Source of the DNA: a bacterium
GTDB taxonomy: Bacteria > CLD3 > SB21
Length of the DNA: 53,574 nucleotides
Direction of reading: 5' to 3'
Assembly (NCBI GenBank): GCA_013360215.1
Contig: JABWCP010000005.1
Location: 186,001-239,574, forward strand
Positions 7,992-17,123 of the stretch are shown here, piece after piece. Position numbers and translations under genes: made by a program. Below the pieces are notes generated by a model. That model worked only from the letters and a program-made list of their open reading frames with translations, was not told where the DNA came from and searched no databases. Within the stretch, counting starts at the first letter, position 1; each line of letters begins with the position of its first letter.

Positions 7992-9332
7992 ATGTCTGAG
8001 GAATCCAAAGTGAACCGTCTTTTTTCAAGGCCGGTGATGATCGGAATATTTTCCGTTTTACTTTTTATTTCGGCGCTTTTGTTTGTTCGCGATCCGCTTT
8101 TCCAACAATCGTCAAGTGGACAATGGTTGTTTTTGAGCATTCCGGTCGAATTTATTTTGTTTGGCCTTACACTGCTGTGTGTTGCTCTGTTTCACCATTA
8201 TGTTTTACAAGTGGCGTTGACAGGGCTTGCCGTCATTTTGACTTACAAATTAAGCTTTACTTCATTTGATGCCGTCGCGCACATTCATCACGAATGGGCG
8301 ATTGTCGTTAATTTGCTCGGTTTGCTGGTAGGGTTCGCCATTCTTGCCAAACATTTTGAAGAATCGCATATACCGGAAATCCTTCCGAAGCACCTTCCCA
8401 ATGGCATGGCCGGACCGCTGGTATTGCTATGCATCACATTTGTATTATCCTCTTTTCTGGATAATATCGCTGCGGCAATGATCGGCGGCACGATCGCACT
8501 AACGGTTTTTCGCGGTAAAGTGCACATCGGTTTTCTTGCCGCTATCGTCGCTGCAAGCAATGCCGGCGGCGCAGGAAGTGTTTTGGGCGACACGACCACG
8601 ACGATGATGTGGATTGACGGCGTCAGCCCGTGGGATGTACTTCATGCATACTATGGCAGTATCGGTGCATTTGCCTTTTTTGCCATCGTTGCTTCAATAC
8701 AACAGAACAAATTGCAAACCATCATCCGCGCTGAAGGTTCCGAAAACCATTCGATCGACTGGGGTAAAATCTTAGTCGTAGCTCTGATATTAGTCGGTGC
8801 AATTGCCACCAATATACTTCTTGATTTTCCTGCACTCGGCGTTTGGGTTGCAATTTTTATTGGCGCCTTTATCCGCAAAACCGCATGGCATGAAATACCC
8901 GTCGCGCTCAAAGGCAGCATCTTCCTGGTTTCTTTGGTGCTCAGCGCTTCCATGATGCCTGTTGATCAACTGCCGCCGGCCGCCTGGTTTACCACATTTA
9001 TACTTGGATTCGTTTCCTCCGTATTCGACAACATCCCTTTGACCAAACTGGCCTTGGATCAAGGCGGATATGATTGGGGGGTTTTGGCTTATGCCGTCGG
9101 ATATGGCGGATCCATGATTTGGTTTGGTTCTTCGGCGGGTGTGGCCATTTCAGGTATTTTCCCCAAAGCCAAATCCGTCGTGTTTTGGCTCAAAGACGGG
9201 TGGCATGTCGCTGTCGGTTATGTGATTGGCTTTTTTATTATGCTGGCTTTGTGGGGCTGGGAACCGCATGAAAACCACAAAACCGAAAAAAGCGAATCGC
9301 TTAAACAACCATCAACCGAACAAACGCATTAG
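7992..9332 (+). CDS. Ion transporter (IT) superfamily protein, NhaD/CitMHS-like
   Basis: FVLSSFLDNIAA, ASNAGGAGSVLGDTTTTMMW, GFVSSVFDNIPL and GGSMIWFGSSAGVA motifs; AGGAG RBS; many TM helices. Confidence 0.85.
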   Translation: MSEESKVNRLFSRPVMIGIFSVLLFISALLFVRDPLFQQSSSGQWLFLSIPVEFILFGLTLLCVALFHHYVLQVALTGLAVILTYKLSFTSFDAVAHIHHEWAIVVNLLGLLVGFAILAKHFEESHIPEILPKHLPNGMAGPLVLLCITFVLSSFLDNIAAAMIGGTIALTVFRGKVHIGFLAAIVAASNAGGAGSVLGDTTTTMMWIDGVSPWDVLHAYYGSIGAFAFFAIVASIQQNKLQTIIRAEGSENHSIDWGKILVVALILVGAIATNILLDFPALGVWVAIFIGAFIRKTAWHEIPVALKGSIFLVSLVLSASMMPVDQLPPAAWFTTFILGFVSSVFDNIPLTKLALDQGGYDWGVLAYAVGYGGSMIWFGSSAGVAISGIFPKAKSVVFWLKDGWHVAVGYVIGFFIMLALWGWEPHENHKTEKSESLKQPSTEQTH

Positions 9333-9351
9333 ATTCCTCTCCTCCTGATTC

Positions 9352-9398
9352 AGCGAATAGTCGGTGTTGCACTCAGCGCACCGGCTATTCAGCTTTTT
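9352..9398 (+). terminator. Rho-independent terminator
   Basis: GAATAGTCGGTG...CACCGGCTATTC stem followed by AGCTTTTT. Confidence 0.7.
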
Positions 9399-9499
9399 GT
9401 AACACCCCCGTTACATGTAATTTAGCTTGAAAACGCCGCCTTACCTGTTTAATTTGCATGTGCATTTCCGGTTCTACACTTCACCGAGGAGTTTTATCC

Positions 9500-10882
9500 A
9501 TGAAATCTCGTTTTGATTTTTTCATCATCGTTTTGTGCGTTTGCGGCGTAGTGACTTTGTCCGCTCAATCTGCTGCCGATTTAGTCCAACAGGCCAATGA
9601 AAAATTTTCATCCGCCGGTTCGGAGAAAGAATACAAAGAAGCCGCCGGAATTTATGAGAAAGCGGCCGCCGCCGATTCGACCCTGGCTATCGCATGGGCA
9701 GGTCTTGCCAAATCGCACGCCATGATCGGCAATATCGCTTCGCTGAACTACAAAGATGATCTGAAAATCAAACACTATAAAGAATCCGCTAAATATGCCT
9801 CCAAAGCCGGAAAACTGGATAAAGAAAACTCCGATGTGCAGACGGCGCTCGCTATGGTGTACCGCCAACTCAGCCAACGGGATAACTTGATGCGCGTTGC
9901 TCAGAAAGCGGTCGCGCTTGATCCCAAAAACGCCGAAGCTTATGACCTATGGGCTGATGCTTACTCCGAAGATTATTTTCCAAAAAACGCTAATATTGAT
10001 TCTTCCATTCTCATTCGTAAAAAAGCCGTTGAAGCCAATCCGAACTTCGCCAAAGGATATCGCGGCCTCGGCGATGACTACGCATCCAAAGGGGATTTGG
10101 AACAAGCCGAGTCGTACTTTACCAAAGCTATCGCGATCAATCCGCAACACGCCGGTTCACATGATCGTTTAGGAAGGCTGTATTATCTACAGGGCGAATT
10201 TGAAAAAGCCAAAACCGAATTTAACACGGCTATCAAACTCGATCCGCGCTCGACGTTTGCCTATACCCATCTTGCGGACGTATTGGCCGACGAAGGAAAT
10301 TTCAAAGAAGCGTTCCTCAAATTTACTTATGCTGTTGATCTCAATCCCAATGCCGCTTACGCACACGCCAGCCTTTCATGGATGTATCTGACGGCTAAAG
10401 ACAAAAGTTTTCGCAATGTCGGGAAAGCCATCGAATACGGCGCTATGGCCGCAGAGTTAACCAATAACACCAACCCTGAGTTTTTAGCTGTGGCTGCAGA
10501 AGCCTATTACGAAGCCAGTTTTAACAAATCGGAACTCCGTGACTCCGCAACCAATCGTCTCAAAATGGCGTTGAGCATAGAACCCGACAACTTTGAATAT
10601 CAGGAAACCTTGGGACGGATGAATGCGAAGGAAAAAAGCCGTGAATATGTTTACGCATGGAAGCGCGGCGAGCGGCTTTTAAGACATAACCGCATTAATG
10701 ACGCCATCAATGAATTTATTACGTCCGAAGAAAAGAATGACAAATTCGTACCCAATCTGATCAGCTATGCAAAAGCGCTGAAGAAAAAAGGCGATGAAGC
10801 TACCATGAAAGTATATTTAGAAAAAGCACGCAAGGCGGATAAGGCCGGAAAATACACGGCTTTGATTTCGTCTGTGCAATAA
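9500..10882 (+). CDS. Secreted TPR protein
   Basis: GAGGAG RBS and ATG 9500, signal peptide (...TLSAQ), multiple TPRs (KAIAINPQHA, TAIKLDP). Confidence 0.85.
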   Translation: MKSRFDFFIIVLCVCGVVTLSAQSAADLVQQANEKFSSAGSEKEYKEAAGIYEKAAAADSTLAIAWAGLAKSHAMIGNIASLNYKDDLKIKHYKESAKYASKAGKLDKENSDVQTALAMVYRQLSQRDNLMRVAQKAVALDPKNAEAYDLWADAYSEDYFPKNANIDSSILIRKKAVEANPNFAKGYRGLGDDYASKGDLEQAESYFTKAIAINPQHAGSHDRLGRLYYLQGEFEKAKTEFNTAIKLDPRSTFAYTHLADVLADEGNFKEAFLKFTYAVDLNPNAAYAHASLSWMYLTAKDKSFRNVGKAIEYGAMAAELTNNTNPEFLAVAAEAYYEASFNKSELRDSATNRLKMALSIEPDNFEYQETLGRMNAKEKSREYVYAWKRGERLLRHNRINDAINEFITSEEKNDKFVPNLISYAKALKKKGDEATMKVYLEKARKADKAGKYTALISSVQ

Positions 10883-10930
10883 ACTTATTTCTATGTTCTA
10901 GGTTCAGTCTTAAAACAAAAGGTAAACCGT

Positions 10931-12787
10931 ATGCGCGCTTGCATGAATTTGTTTTTTTTCGCCATGATGATTACCGCTTCGCTTTGGGCGCAACTCAAAG
11001 TAGCTGTGGTTCCGTTTTACAACGGTACCATGCTTTCCAAAAACGAATGGCTTGGTCATGGATTTTGCGAATCGCTCAACACCGATCTGAGCGAAGAAAA
11101 ATCTGTCCTGATCATGGATCGCCCCGATGTGCTCGCTGAAATCAAAATGAACGGTTTTAAACTTCTGGACATGCTGGACGAACAGAAAGCCTTGACGGTT
11201 GCCCGTTCGCTGGAAGTGGATAAAATCATTATCGGTTCTTTTGACATTCCGGGTGGTGCAACGCCTTCGATCAAAGTGCAGGCGCGTTTCATAGACGTCA
11301 AAAGCGGTAAAGCGGATACTAAAAACGCTTACACCGCCGAAGGCAAGTATTCCATGACTAATATTTACGCGATGTACGGGCAGATCGCGGCGCGTGCGCT
11401 TGTTAGTTTCGGAAAACGTGCGGCGGATGAAACCGCCATCACCGGTAAAGGTTCGATCAATGTGGACGCTTACGAGCCATACATCAAAGGTATTTTGCAA
11501 TATGACGAAAGCAGCACGGTCGAAGATTATTTAGCGTCGATTGCTCTATTACAACAAGCTATCAAAACCGACAGCAGCTTTGCCATGGCATACGCCGGCA
11601 TGGCAAAAGCCTATGCCAAAATCGGCCGTATACAGGATATTAATTTTAAAGCTGATGAAAAAACCGAGAGTTATAAAAAGGCCTTAGATGCCGGTCTCAA
11701 AGCCGCCAAGCTTGATAAAAATCTTGCTGTAGCGTGGACGGCTCTCGCTCTCACGTATCGCGAACTGAAAGAACGCGATCAGTTGATCGAAGCGGCCCGC
11801 AAAGCCGTCGCACTCAAGCCCAGTCAATATGATGCGTACGATATGCTGGCCGACGCATTCTCTGCCAATTTTTTCCCCGCTCATAAAAATAACGACTCGT
11901 CCGTTTTTTATCGCAAAAAAAGCGTAGAGTACAATAATAAATTTGCCTCCGGATACCGCGGACTCGGGCGCGATTATTTCGACAAAGGGGACTACAAAAA
12001 CGCCGAAGAGGCATACCAACGCGCCATCACACTCAATCCTAAACATGCGGGTTCCCGTGATCTGCTCGGTCAGGTATACACCATACAAGGCCAATACGAA
12101 GAAGCTAAACAGCAATTTCGCGAAGCCATAAAACTCGATGCCAAATCCGCTTTTGCTCATACGCATCTTGCCGACGTACTGGCGATGGAAAAAAATTATG
12201 CCGAAGCCGTCACTTCCTATCAGTCTGCAATAGCTATCAACGCCAAATTCGCTTTAGCGTACAACGGCTTGGCATGGATTTATATCGCGTCTAAAGATAA
12301 AACCTTACGTAATCCGGCCAAAGCCGTAGAAAACGCGCAAGCCGCCGTTCAGCATTCTGACAGCAAAAACGCTTCTTATCTTTACACGTTGTCCGAAGCG
12401 CATTTTTCCGCCGGCGCTCATGATGCCGCACTTGAGACTATCGGCAAAGCTCTCGCTCTGGATCCGCATAATAACGACTACGCCGAAGCCCAAAGTCGCA
12501 TTACCAAAAAAGAAAAAAACAGTGATTATGTTTTTACACTGCGACGGGGTATGATGCTGATGAAACAAGGTCGACAGGACGAAGGTGTCGTCGAATTTGA
12601 AGAAGCGAACAAGCTCAGCCCCCAAAACGTCTACATACTTTTTACGTTAGCTAAATACTACGACAGCAAAAAAGAATTCAAAAAAGCGTTCGAATATTAT
12701 TATCGCGCGCGCAGCTGCGACTGGGATAAAAAATATTCGAAATCCATTCAGGAACGAATGAATGAGCTGGCACCCTACGGAAATTAA
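10931..12787 (+). CDS. Secreted TPR protein with N-terminal TolB-N/CsgG-like domain; paralog of the upstream gene
   Basis: Signal peptide, KVAVVPFYN...WLG.G..ESL...IIGSF...ARFIDVKSG, then TPRs matching 9500-10882. Confidence 0.82.
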   Translation: MRACMNLFFFAMMITASLWAQLKVAVVPFYNGTMLSKNEWLGHGFCESLNTDLSEEKSVLIMDRPDVLAEIKMNGFKLLDMLDEQKALTVARSLEVDKIIIGSFDIPGGATPSIKVQARFIDVKSGKADTKNAYTAEGKYSMTNIYAMYGQIAARALVSFGKRAADETAITGKGSINVDAYEPYIKGILQYDESSTVEDYLASIALLQQAIKTDSSFAMAYAGMAKAYAKIGRIQDINFKADEKTESYKKALDAGLKAAKLDKNLAVAWTALALTYRELKERDQLIEAARKAVALKPSQYDAYDMLADAFSANFFPAHKNNDSSVFYRKKSVEYNNKFASGYRGLGRDYFDKGDYKNAEEAYQRAITLNPKHAGSRDLLGQVYTIQGQYEEAKQQFREAIKLDAKSAFAHTHLADVLAMEKNYAEAVTSYQSAIAINAKFALAYNGLAWIYIASKDKTLRNPAKAVENAQAAVQHSDSKNASYLYTLSEAHFSAGAHDAALETIGKALALDPHNNDYAEAQSRITKKEKNSDYVFTLRRGMMLMKQGRQDEGVVEFEEANKLSPQNVYILFTLAKYYDSKKEFKKAFEYYYRARSCDWDKKYSKSIQERMNELAPYGN

Positions 12788-12807
12788 AAAGCAGGATATT
12801 TAAATAA

Positions 12808-12842
12808 AAAAAAGCTGCCTGAAAACATCAGGCAGCTTTTTT
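12808..12842. terminator. Bidirectional Rho-independent terminator
   Basis: AAAAAAGCTGCCTGA-AAACA-TCAGGCAGCTTTTTT. Confidence 0.88.
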
Positions 12843-12872
12843 AATATAATACATAAAAAAAGAACCAGATCT

Positions 12873-13352
12873 ATGCACCCCAACGAAGAAATCATAAACC
12901 GATTCTACCAAGCATTTCAAAAAAAAGATTTTTCCGTCATGCAACATAGCTACCATAATGACGCTGTTTTTTACGATCCGGTGTTTGAACATCTGACGGC
13001 GGCGGAAGTGCGGGCCATGTGGGAAATGCTTTGTAAACGCGGAAAAGATCTGGTCTTGGAATATCGTATTATTCATGCCGACGACCAAAGCGGCTCCGCG
13101 GAATGGATTGCAACATATACATTTTCAGCTACCGGGCGAAAAGTGGTCAATCGTATTCACGCCGATTTCACTTTCCGCGAAAATAAAATCATGTCGCACA
13201 AAGACACGTTTGATCTTTACCGCTGGATAAAACAAGCATTCGGATTTTCCGGTGTTTTATTAGGTTGGACCGGTTGGATGCAAAATAAAATACGCTCCAC
13301 CGCAAAAAACAACCTTCAGCGATTCATAGAAAAAAGTAACCCGGTGTCTTAA
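12873..13352 (+). CDS. NTF2/SnoaL-like protein
   Basis: FYQAF...Y..DAVF.DPVF, MWEML, W.ATYTFSATGRKVVNRI, H.DTFD..RW pattern. Confidence 0.85.
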   Translation: MHPNEEIINRFYQAFQKKDFSVMQHSYHNDAVFYDPVFEHLTAAEVRAMWEMLCKRGKDLVLEYRIIHADDQSGSAEWIATYTFSATGRKVVNRIHADFTFRENKIMSHKDTFDLYRWIKQAFGFSGVLLGWTGWMQNKIRSTAKNNLQRFIEKSNPVS

Positions 13353-13357
13353 AAATA

Positions 13358-14221
13358 TTACTTTTTCACATCGGGATATTCGTGCACACCCTTACCGGTT
13401 TTTCGACCAAGCCGTCCTGCTTTGACATACTGCACCATCAAAGGGCAAGGTTTGTATTTCTCACCGAGCGATTTATGCAAATACTCTAAAATCGAAAGCC
13501 GCGTATCCAAACCGACTAAATCGACCATTTCAAAAGGTCCCATCGGATGATTGAGCCCGAGCTTTAATGCGGTATCAATATCTTTGGCTGAACCGATACC
13601 TTCCTGTAGCATATAAAACGCCTCATTTCCGATCAGCGCATTGATACGGCTGGTAATAAATCCAGGCGACTCTTTGATCGTTACGATTTCTTTACCCATC
13701 GCTGTTGCGACATCTTGTGTCGCCTTTATGGTGGCCTCATCCGTTTCCAATGCTTTAATGATTTCGACCAGTTTCATTTTGTGCACCGGATTAAAAAAAT
13801 GCATCCCGATACACTTTTGCGGGCGTTGCGTCACGGCCGCTATTTCAGTAATGCTGAGCGAAGACGTATTCGTTGCAAATATTGTTTCCGGTTTGCAGGT
13901 CTTGTCCAGCGTCGTATAAATTTTGATTTTTAAATCAATTTTCTCCGGAACCGCTTCAATAACGAAATCCGAAGGCGCGACGGCGGCTTCAAGATGCTGC
14001 TCGACGGATATACGGCTGAGCGTCGCCTCTTTATCCTGCACCGAGATTTTTCCCAGTTCGATACCTTTATCCAGGTTTTTGGAAATCGTATTCAGCGCTT
14101 TATTCAATGCGTCCAGCGACACATCATGTAAAATGGTTTTATATCCCGCCTGCGCGGCGACATGTGCAATGCCGTTTCCCATAATACCGGATCCGAGTAC
14201 GGTGATCGTTTGAACAGCCAT
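13358..14221 (-). CDS. hbd: 3-hydroxybutyryl-CoA / 3-hydroxyacyl-CoA dehydrogenase
   Basis: GSGIMGNGIA NAD-binding loop, VIEAVPE, NTSSLSI, GMHFFNP, HPMGP, GRLGRKTG. Confidence 0.93.
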   Translation of the reverse strand: MAVQTITVLGSGIMGNGIAHVAAQAGYKTILHDVSLDALNKALNTISKNLDKGIELGKISVQDKEATLSRISVEQHLEAAVAPSDFVIEAVPEKIDLKIKIYTTLDKTCKPETIFATNTSSLSITEIAAVTQRPQKCIGMHFFNPVHKMKLVEIIKALETDEATIKATQDVATAMGKEIVTIKESPGFITSRINALIGNEAFYMLQEGIGSAKDIDTALKLGLNHPMGPFEMVDLVGLDTRLSILEYLHKSLGEKYKPCPLMVQYVKAGRLGRKTGKGVHEYPDVKK

Positions 14222-14471
14222 CGTTTATAATCTCCTATGTAAAATGTTTTTTAAGTGGTGCAATAATAGAACAGCTTTGTAACGGAAGCAAATAAAATAT
14301 CTTGAATATTGACTGTCATGCCGGCACACTACACCTCCATCTCATTATTATCCCGCATGACTTCCGACATACCCCCGTGATGCGTCACGTGATATATTAT
14401 CTCGTAATAAGGCGTTTTTTATGATAGCATTTCAACGCCTATTTATATATTTTGCCGCGGCTTAAAAAGGA

Positions 14472-15770
14472 GTGCTCACAGTGACAATCGAACCTTATTT
14501 TACGACGGGTCAACACAATCGTTTTTCAGAAATGGCCAAAGGCCTTCTCGGATCGGAGATTCTCAAGATCGCTTCCGACATTCGTGCTATGGTGGCCAAA
14601 GGGCAAAAAATCGGAAATCTCACCGTCGGCGATTTCAGTCCGGCGGAATTTCGTATTCCTCAGTTTATGGAAGACGCCATTCGCCGGCATTATGCCCAAG
14701 GACAAACCAACTATCCTCCTTCGGACGGTATGCTCGAACTTCGCAACGCAATCGTCGGTTTTTATAAAACATGGCTTGATGTAGAATATCCGGTTAAGTC
14801 TGTTCTCGTAGCCAGCGGTGCGCGACCATTGATCTACAGCCTTTTCCGTGCGATCGTGGACCCGGGCGACAAAGTCGTTTACCCTGTTCCGACATGGAAT
14901 AACAATAATTTCGTTCAAATGCTCGGTGCACAGGGCGTTCCGGTACATTGTCATGAAGAGCATGCGTTTTTACCGACGGTGGATTTGCTGAAACCGCATT
15001 TGCACGATGCACGCCTGATATGCCTCAATTCACCGCTCAATCCGTCCGGCACGGCGTTTTCACGTCAGGAACTTGAGGCCATCTGCGACATGATCCTTGA
15101 AGAAAATAAACGCCGTACCATCGAAGACGCTTTGTATCTGATGTATGATCAGGTGTATTGGATGTTGACTTTCGGTAAAACAGAGCACTTCAACCCCGTA
15201 CACCTTCGCCCGGAGATCGCTCCCTACACAGTGATGGTGGATGCGGTTTCCAAAGCGTTTGCCGCTACCGGTGTGCGTGTCGGATGGTGCGTCGGTCCTC
15301 CGGATATTATCGAACGTATGTCCGCCATACTCGGCCACGTCGGCGCGTGGGCACCACGTGCGGAACAAATGGCCACCGCTGAACTTCTCAACAATAAAGA
15401 AGAAATCGTCAAATACCACAGTGTCATGAAAGTAGGCGTGCAGGATCGGCTCAACGCTTTATACGAAGGCCTTTCCGCAATGGCCAAGGACGGTTTACCC
15501 ATCAAAACGATCGTACCCATGGGCGCAATTTATCTTTCGGTACAATTCAATTTTCTTGGCCGCAAAAAACCGGACGGAACCGTATTCACCAATAGCGAAG
15601 AAATCCGCCAGTACCTTTTATTCGAATCACAAATCGGTGTGGTACCGTTTAAAGCTTTCGGATATCAGCATGATACGGGATGGTTTCGCCTGTCGGTTGG
15701 CGCCGTTTCCATGAAAGATATCGAAGAGGCGTTGCCGCGATTGCGTCGTATCTTAGAAAAATTAGTCTGA
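14472..15770 (+). CDS. PLP-dependent aminotransferase class I/II (aspartate aminotransferase-like)
   Basis: NSPLNPSG, YDQVY, SKAFAATGVRVGW (PLP Lys), WFRLS. Start may be GTG 14472 or GTG 14481. Confidence 0.9.
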   Translation: MLTVTIEPYFTTGQHNRFSEMAKGLLGSEILKIASDIRAMVAKGQKIGNLTVGDFSPAEFRIPQFMEDAIRRHYAQGQTNYPPSDGMLELRNAIVGFYKTWLDVEYPVKSVLVASGARPLIYSLFRAIVDPGDKVVYPVPTWNNNNFVQMLGAQGVPVHCHEEHAFLPTVDLLKPHLHDARLICLNSPLNPSGTAFSRQELEAICDMILEENKRRTIEDALYLMYDQVYWMLTFGKTEHFNPVHLRPEIAPYTVMVDAVSKAFAATGVRVGWCVGPPDIIERMSAILGHVGAWAPRAEQMATAELLNNKEEIVKYHSVMKVGVQDRLNALYEGLSAMAKDGLPIKTIVPMGAIYLSVQFNFLGRKKPDGTVFTNSEEIRQYLLFESQIGVVPFKAFGYQHDTGWFRLSVGAVSMKDIEEALPRLRRILEKLV

Positions 15771-15777
15771 CCGGTTT

Positions 15778-16452
15778 ATGGATAAAAATAGTATGACCAT
15801 CAAACCCGGTCTTGCGGCCCCCGAATTGCGCATTTCCGAATGGATACAGGGTACAGCAACCCCGCTTTCCGAATTACGAAGGCGTGTCGTAATTATCGAA
15901 GTATTTCAGGTCAATTGCCCGGGCTGTTTTCTCTACGGTTTACCCGAAATCTTGGAAATCGCAGCTAAACATAAAAACGAACCGCTTACCGTGATCGGTC
16001 TGGCAACGGCGTTTGAGGATTTTGACATCAATACCAAAGACAATCTTCAAAAACTTTTACAGACCGGTGAATTGGTCGGTGAAACGGCACGCGTCTTGAA
16101 AGAACATGACTGGGCAACCGATAACAAACTGCGTTACACGATTCCGATTCCCGTCGCAATGGATCGCCTGAGTGAAGGTTCACGCTTAGATACGGTTTCA
16201 CAAATCGAACGCATCATCGAACGCGATATCACCAATTTTGACCGCCTCAGCTACGGGGAACAAGGACGTATCCGCGAATCCATATTGAAGTACTTAAATG
16301 AACGCACACTGGTTCCCGAAACATTTGATCTCTACAATCTCAGCGGGACACCCTCCAGTATTGTCATTGATAAAAAAGGCATCCTCCGCCATATCCAATT
16401 CGGCTCTACAGGAAATCTGGAAAAAATCATTCGGCCGCTGCTGACTGAATAA
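15778..16452 (+). CDS. Thioredoxin-fold redoxin (TlpA/AhpC-like) with internal insertion
   Basis: APEL.ISEW, EVFQVNCPGC active site, GTPS..VIDKKG. Confidence 0.8.
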   Translation: MDKNSMTIKPGLAAPELRISEWIQGTATPLSELRRRVVIIEVFQVNCPGCFLYGLPEILEIAAKHKNEPLTVIGLATAFEDFDINTKDNLQKLLQTGELVGETARVLKEHDWATDNKLRYTIPIPVAMDRLSEGSRLDTVSQIERIIERDITNFDRLSYGEQGRIRESILKYLNERTLVPETFDLYNLSGTPSSIVIDKKGILRHIQFGSTGNLEKIIRPLLTE

Positions 16453-16541
16453 AAATCTCACGTTATAAAATCTTCTTCTAAGAACAGATCAAATTTGAAA
16501 ATAGAGAAGCTATTCTGTCAAAAACTCATTGGAATAAAACA

Positions 16542-17003
16542 ATGAAAACCATTGAAGAAGCATTTATCCATGAAGGATACTTAAGTATTCCTTTTTCTTA
16601 CAATGGCGCCGGACACCCTATTATCAAAGTTACTGTTGCGAATGGTTTTCAAACCAACATTCTGCTTGATACGGGCGCCTCTGCTAATTTACTTGACTTA
16701 GAATTCGCAAAAGAAATCGGGCTCAACCCGACACCGACCGGTGAAAAAGGCGGCGGTGCCGGCGGACTCACGCTGGATGTATTCACCATTGATAACCTTA
16801 CACTAGAAATCAACGGCAAACATCTTCAATTTACCGATTTCCTTTCGATGGATTTTACGACAATAAAACAATCCTTGATAACTAACGGTTTAGAAGCTGA
16901 TTTTCATGGTATTCTGGGTTTTGGATTTTTTAAGAAAACTAAATGTTTTATAGATTACTCTTCAGATAGAATTTTTATTCAGAACAACTTTTATATCGAA
17001 TGA
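16542..17003 (+). CDS. Retropepsin-like (single-lobe) aspartic protease
   Basis: LLDTGAS catalytic motif, glycine-rich flap GGGAGG, GILG. Confidence 0.82.
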   Translation: MKTIEEAFIHEGYLSIPFSYNGAGHPIIKVTVANGFQTNILLDTGASANLLDLEFAKEIGLNPTPTGEKGGGAGGLTLDVFTIDNLTLEINGKHLQFTDFLSMDFTTIKQSLITNGLEADFHGILGFGFFKKTKCFIDYSSDRIFIQNNFYIE

Positions 17004-17123
17004 TATAGCCTTCGATTTACCGTTTTTTTTCGATATACTTCGACTGATTGAATTCCTTGAAGCTAAACGTATCATGATGTTTGTAGGCTATGTCATCAAA
17101 CATATCACCCCATACATTTACCC

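Noticed and set aside
14315-14361. GTCATGC/GCATGAC stem and nearby small palindromes in the hbd-aminotransferase divergent gap
   Set aside because: Short 7-bp arms with a large loop and no recognisable motif; compatible with chance.
15778-16452. Selenocysteine or recoding in the redox genes
   Set aside because: The active site is an ordinary CPGC, and no in-frame TGA or split ORF needing readthrough or frameshift was seen in the window.
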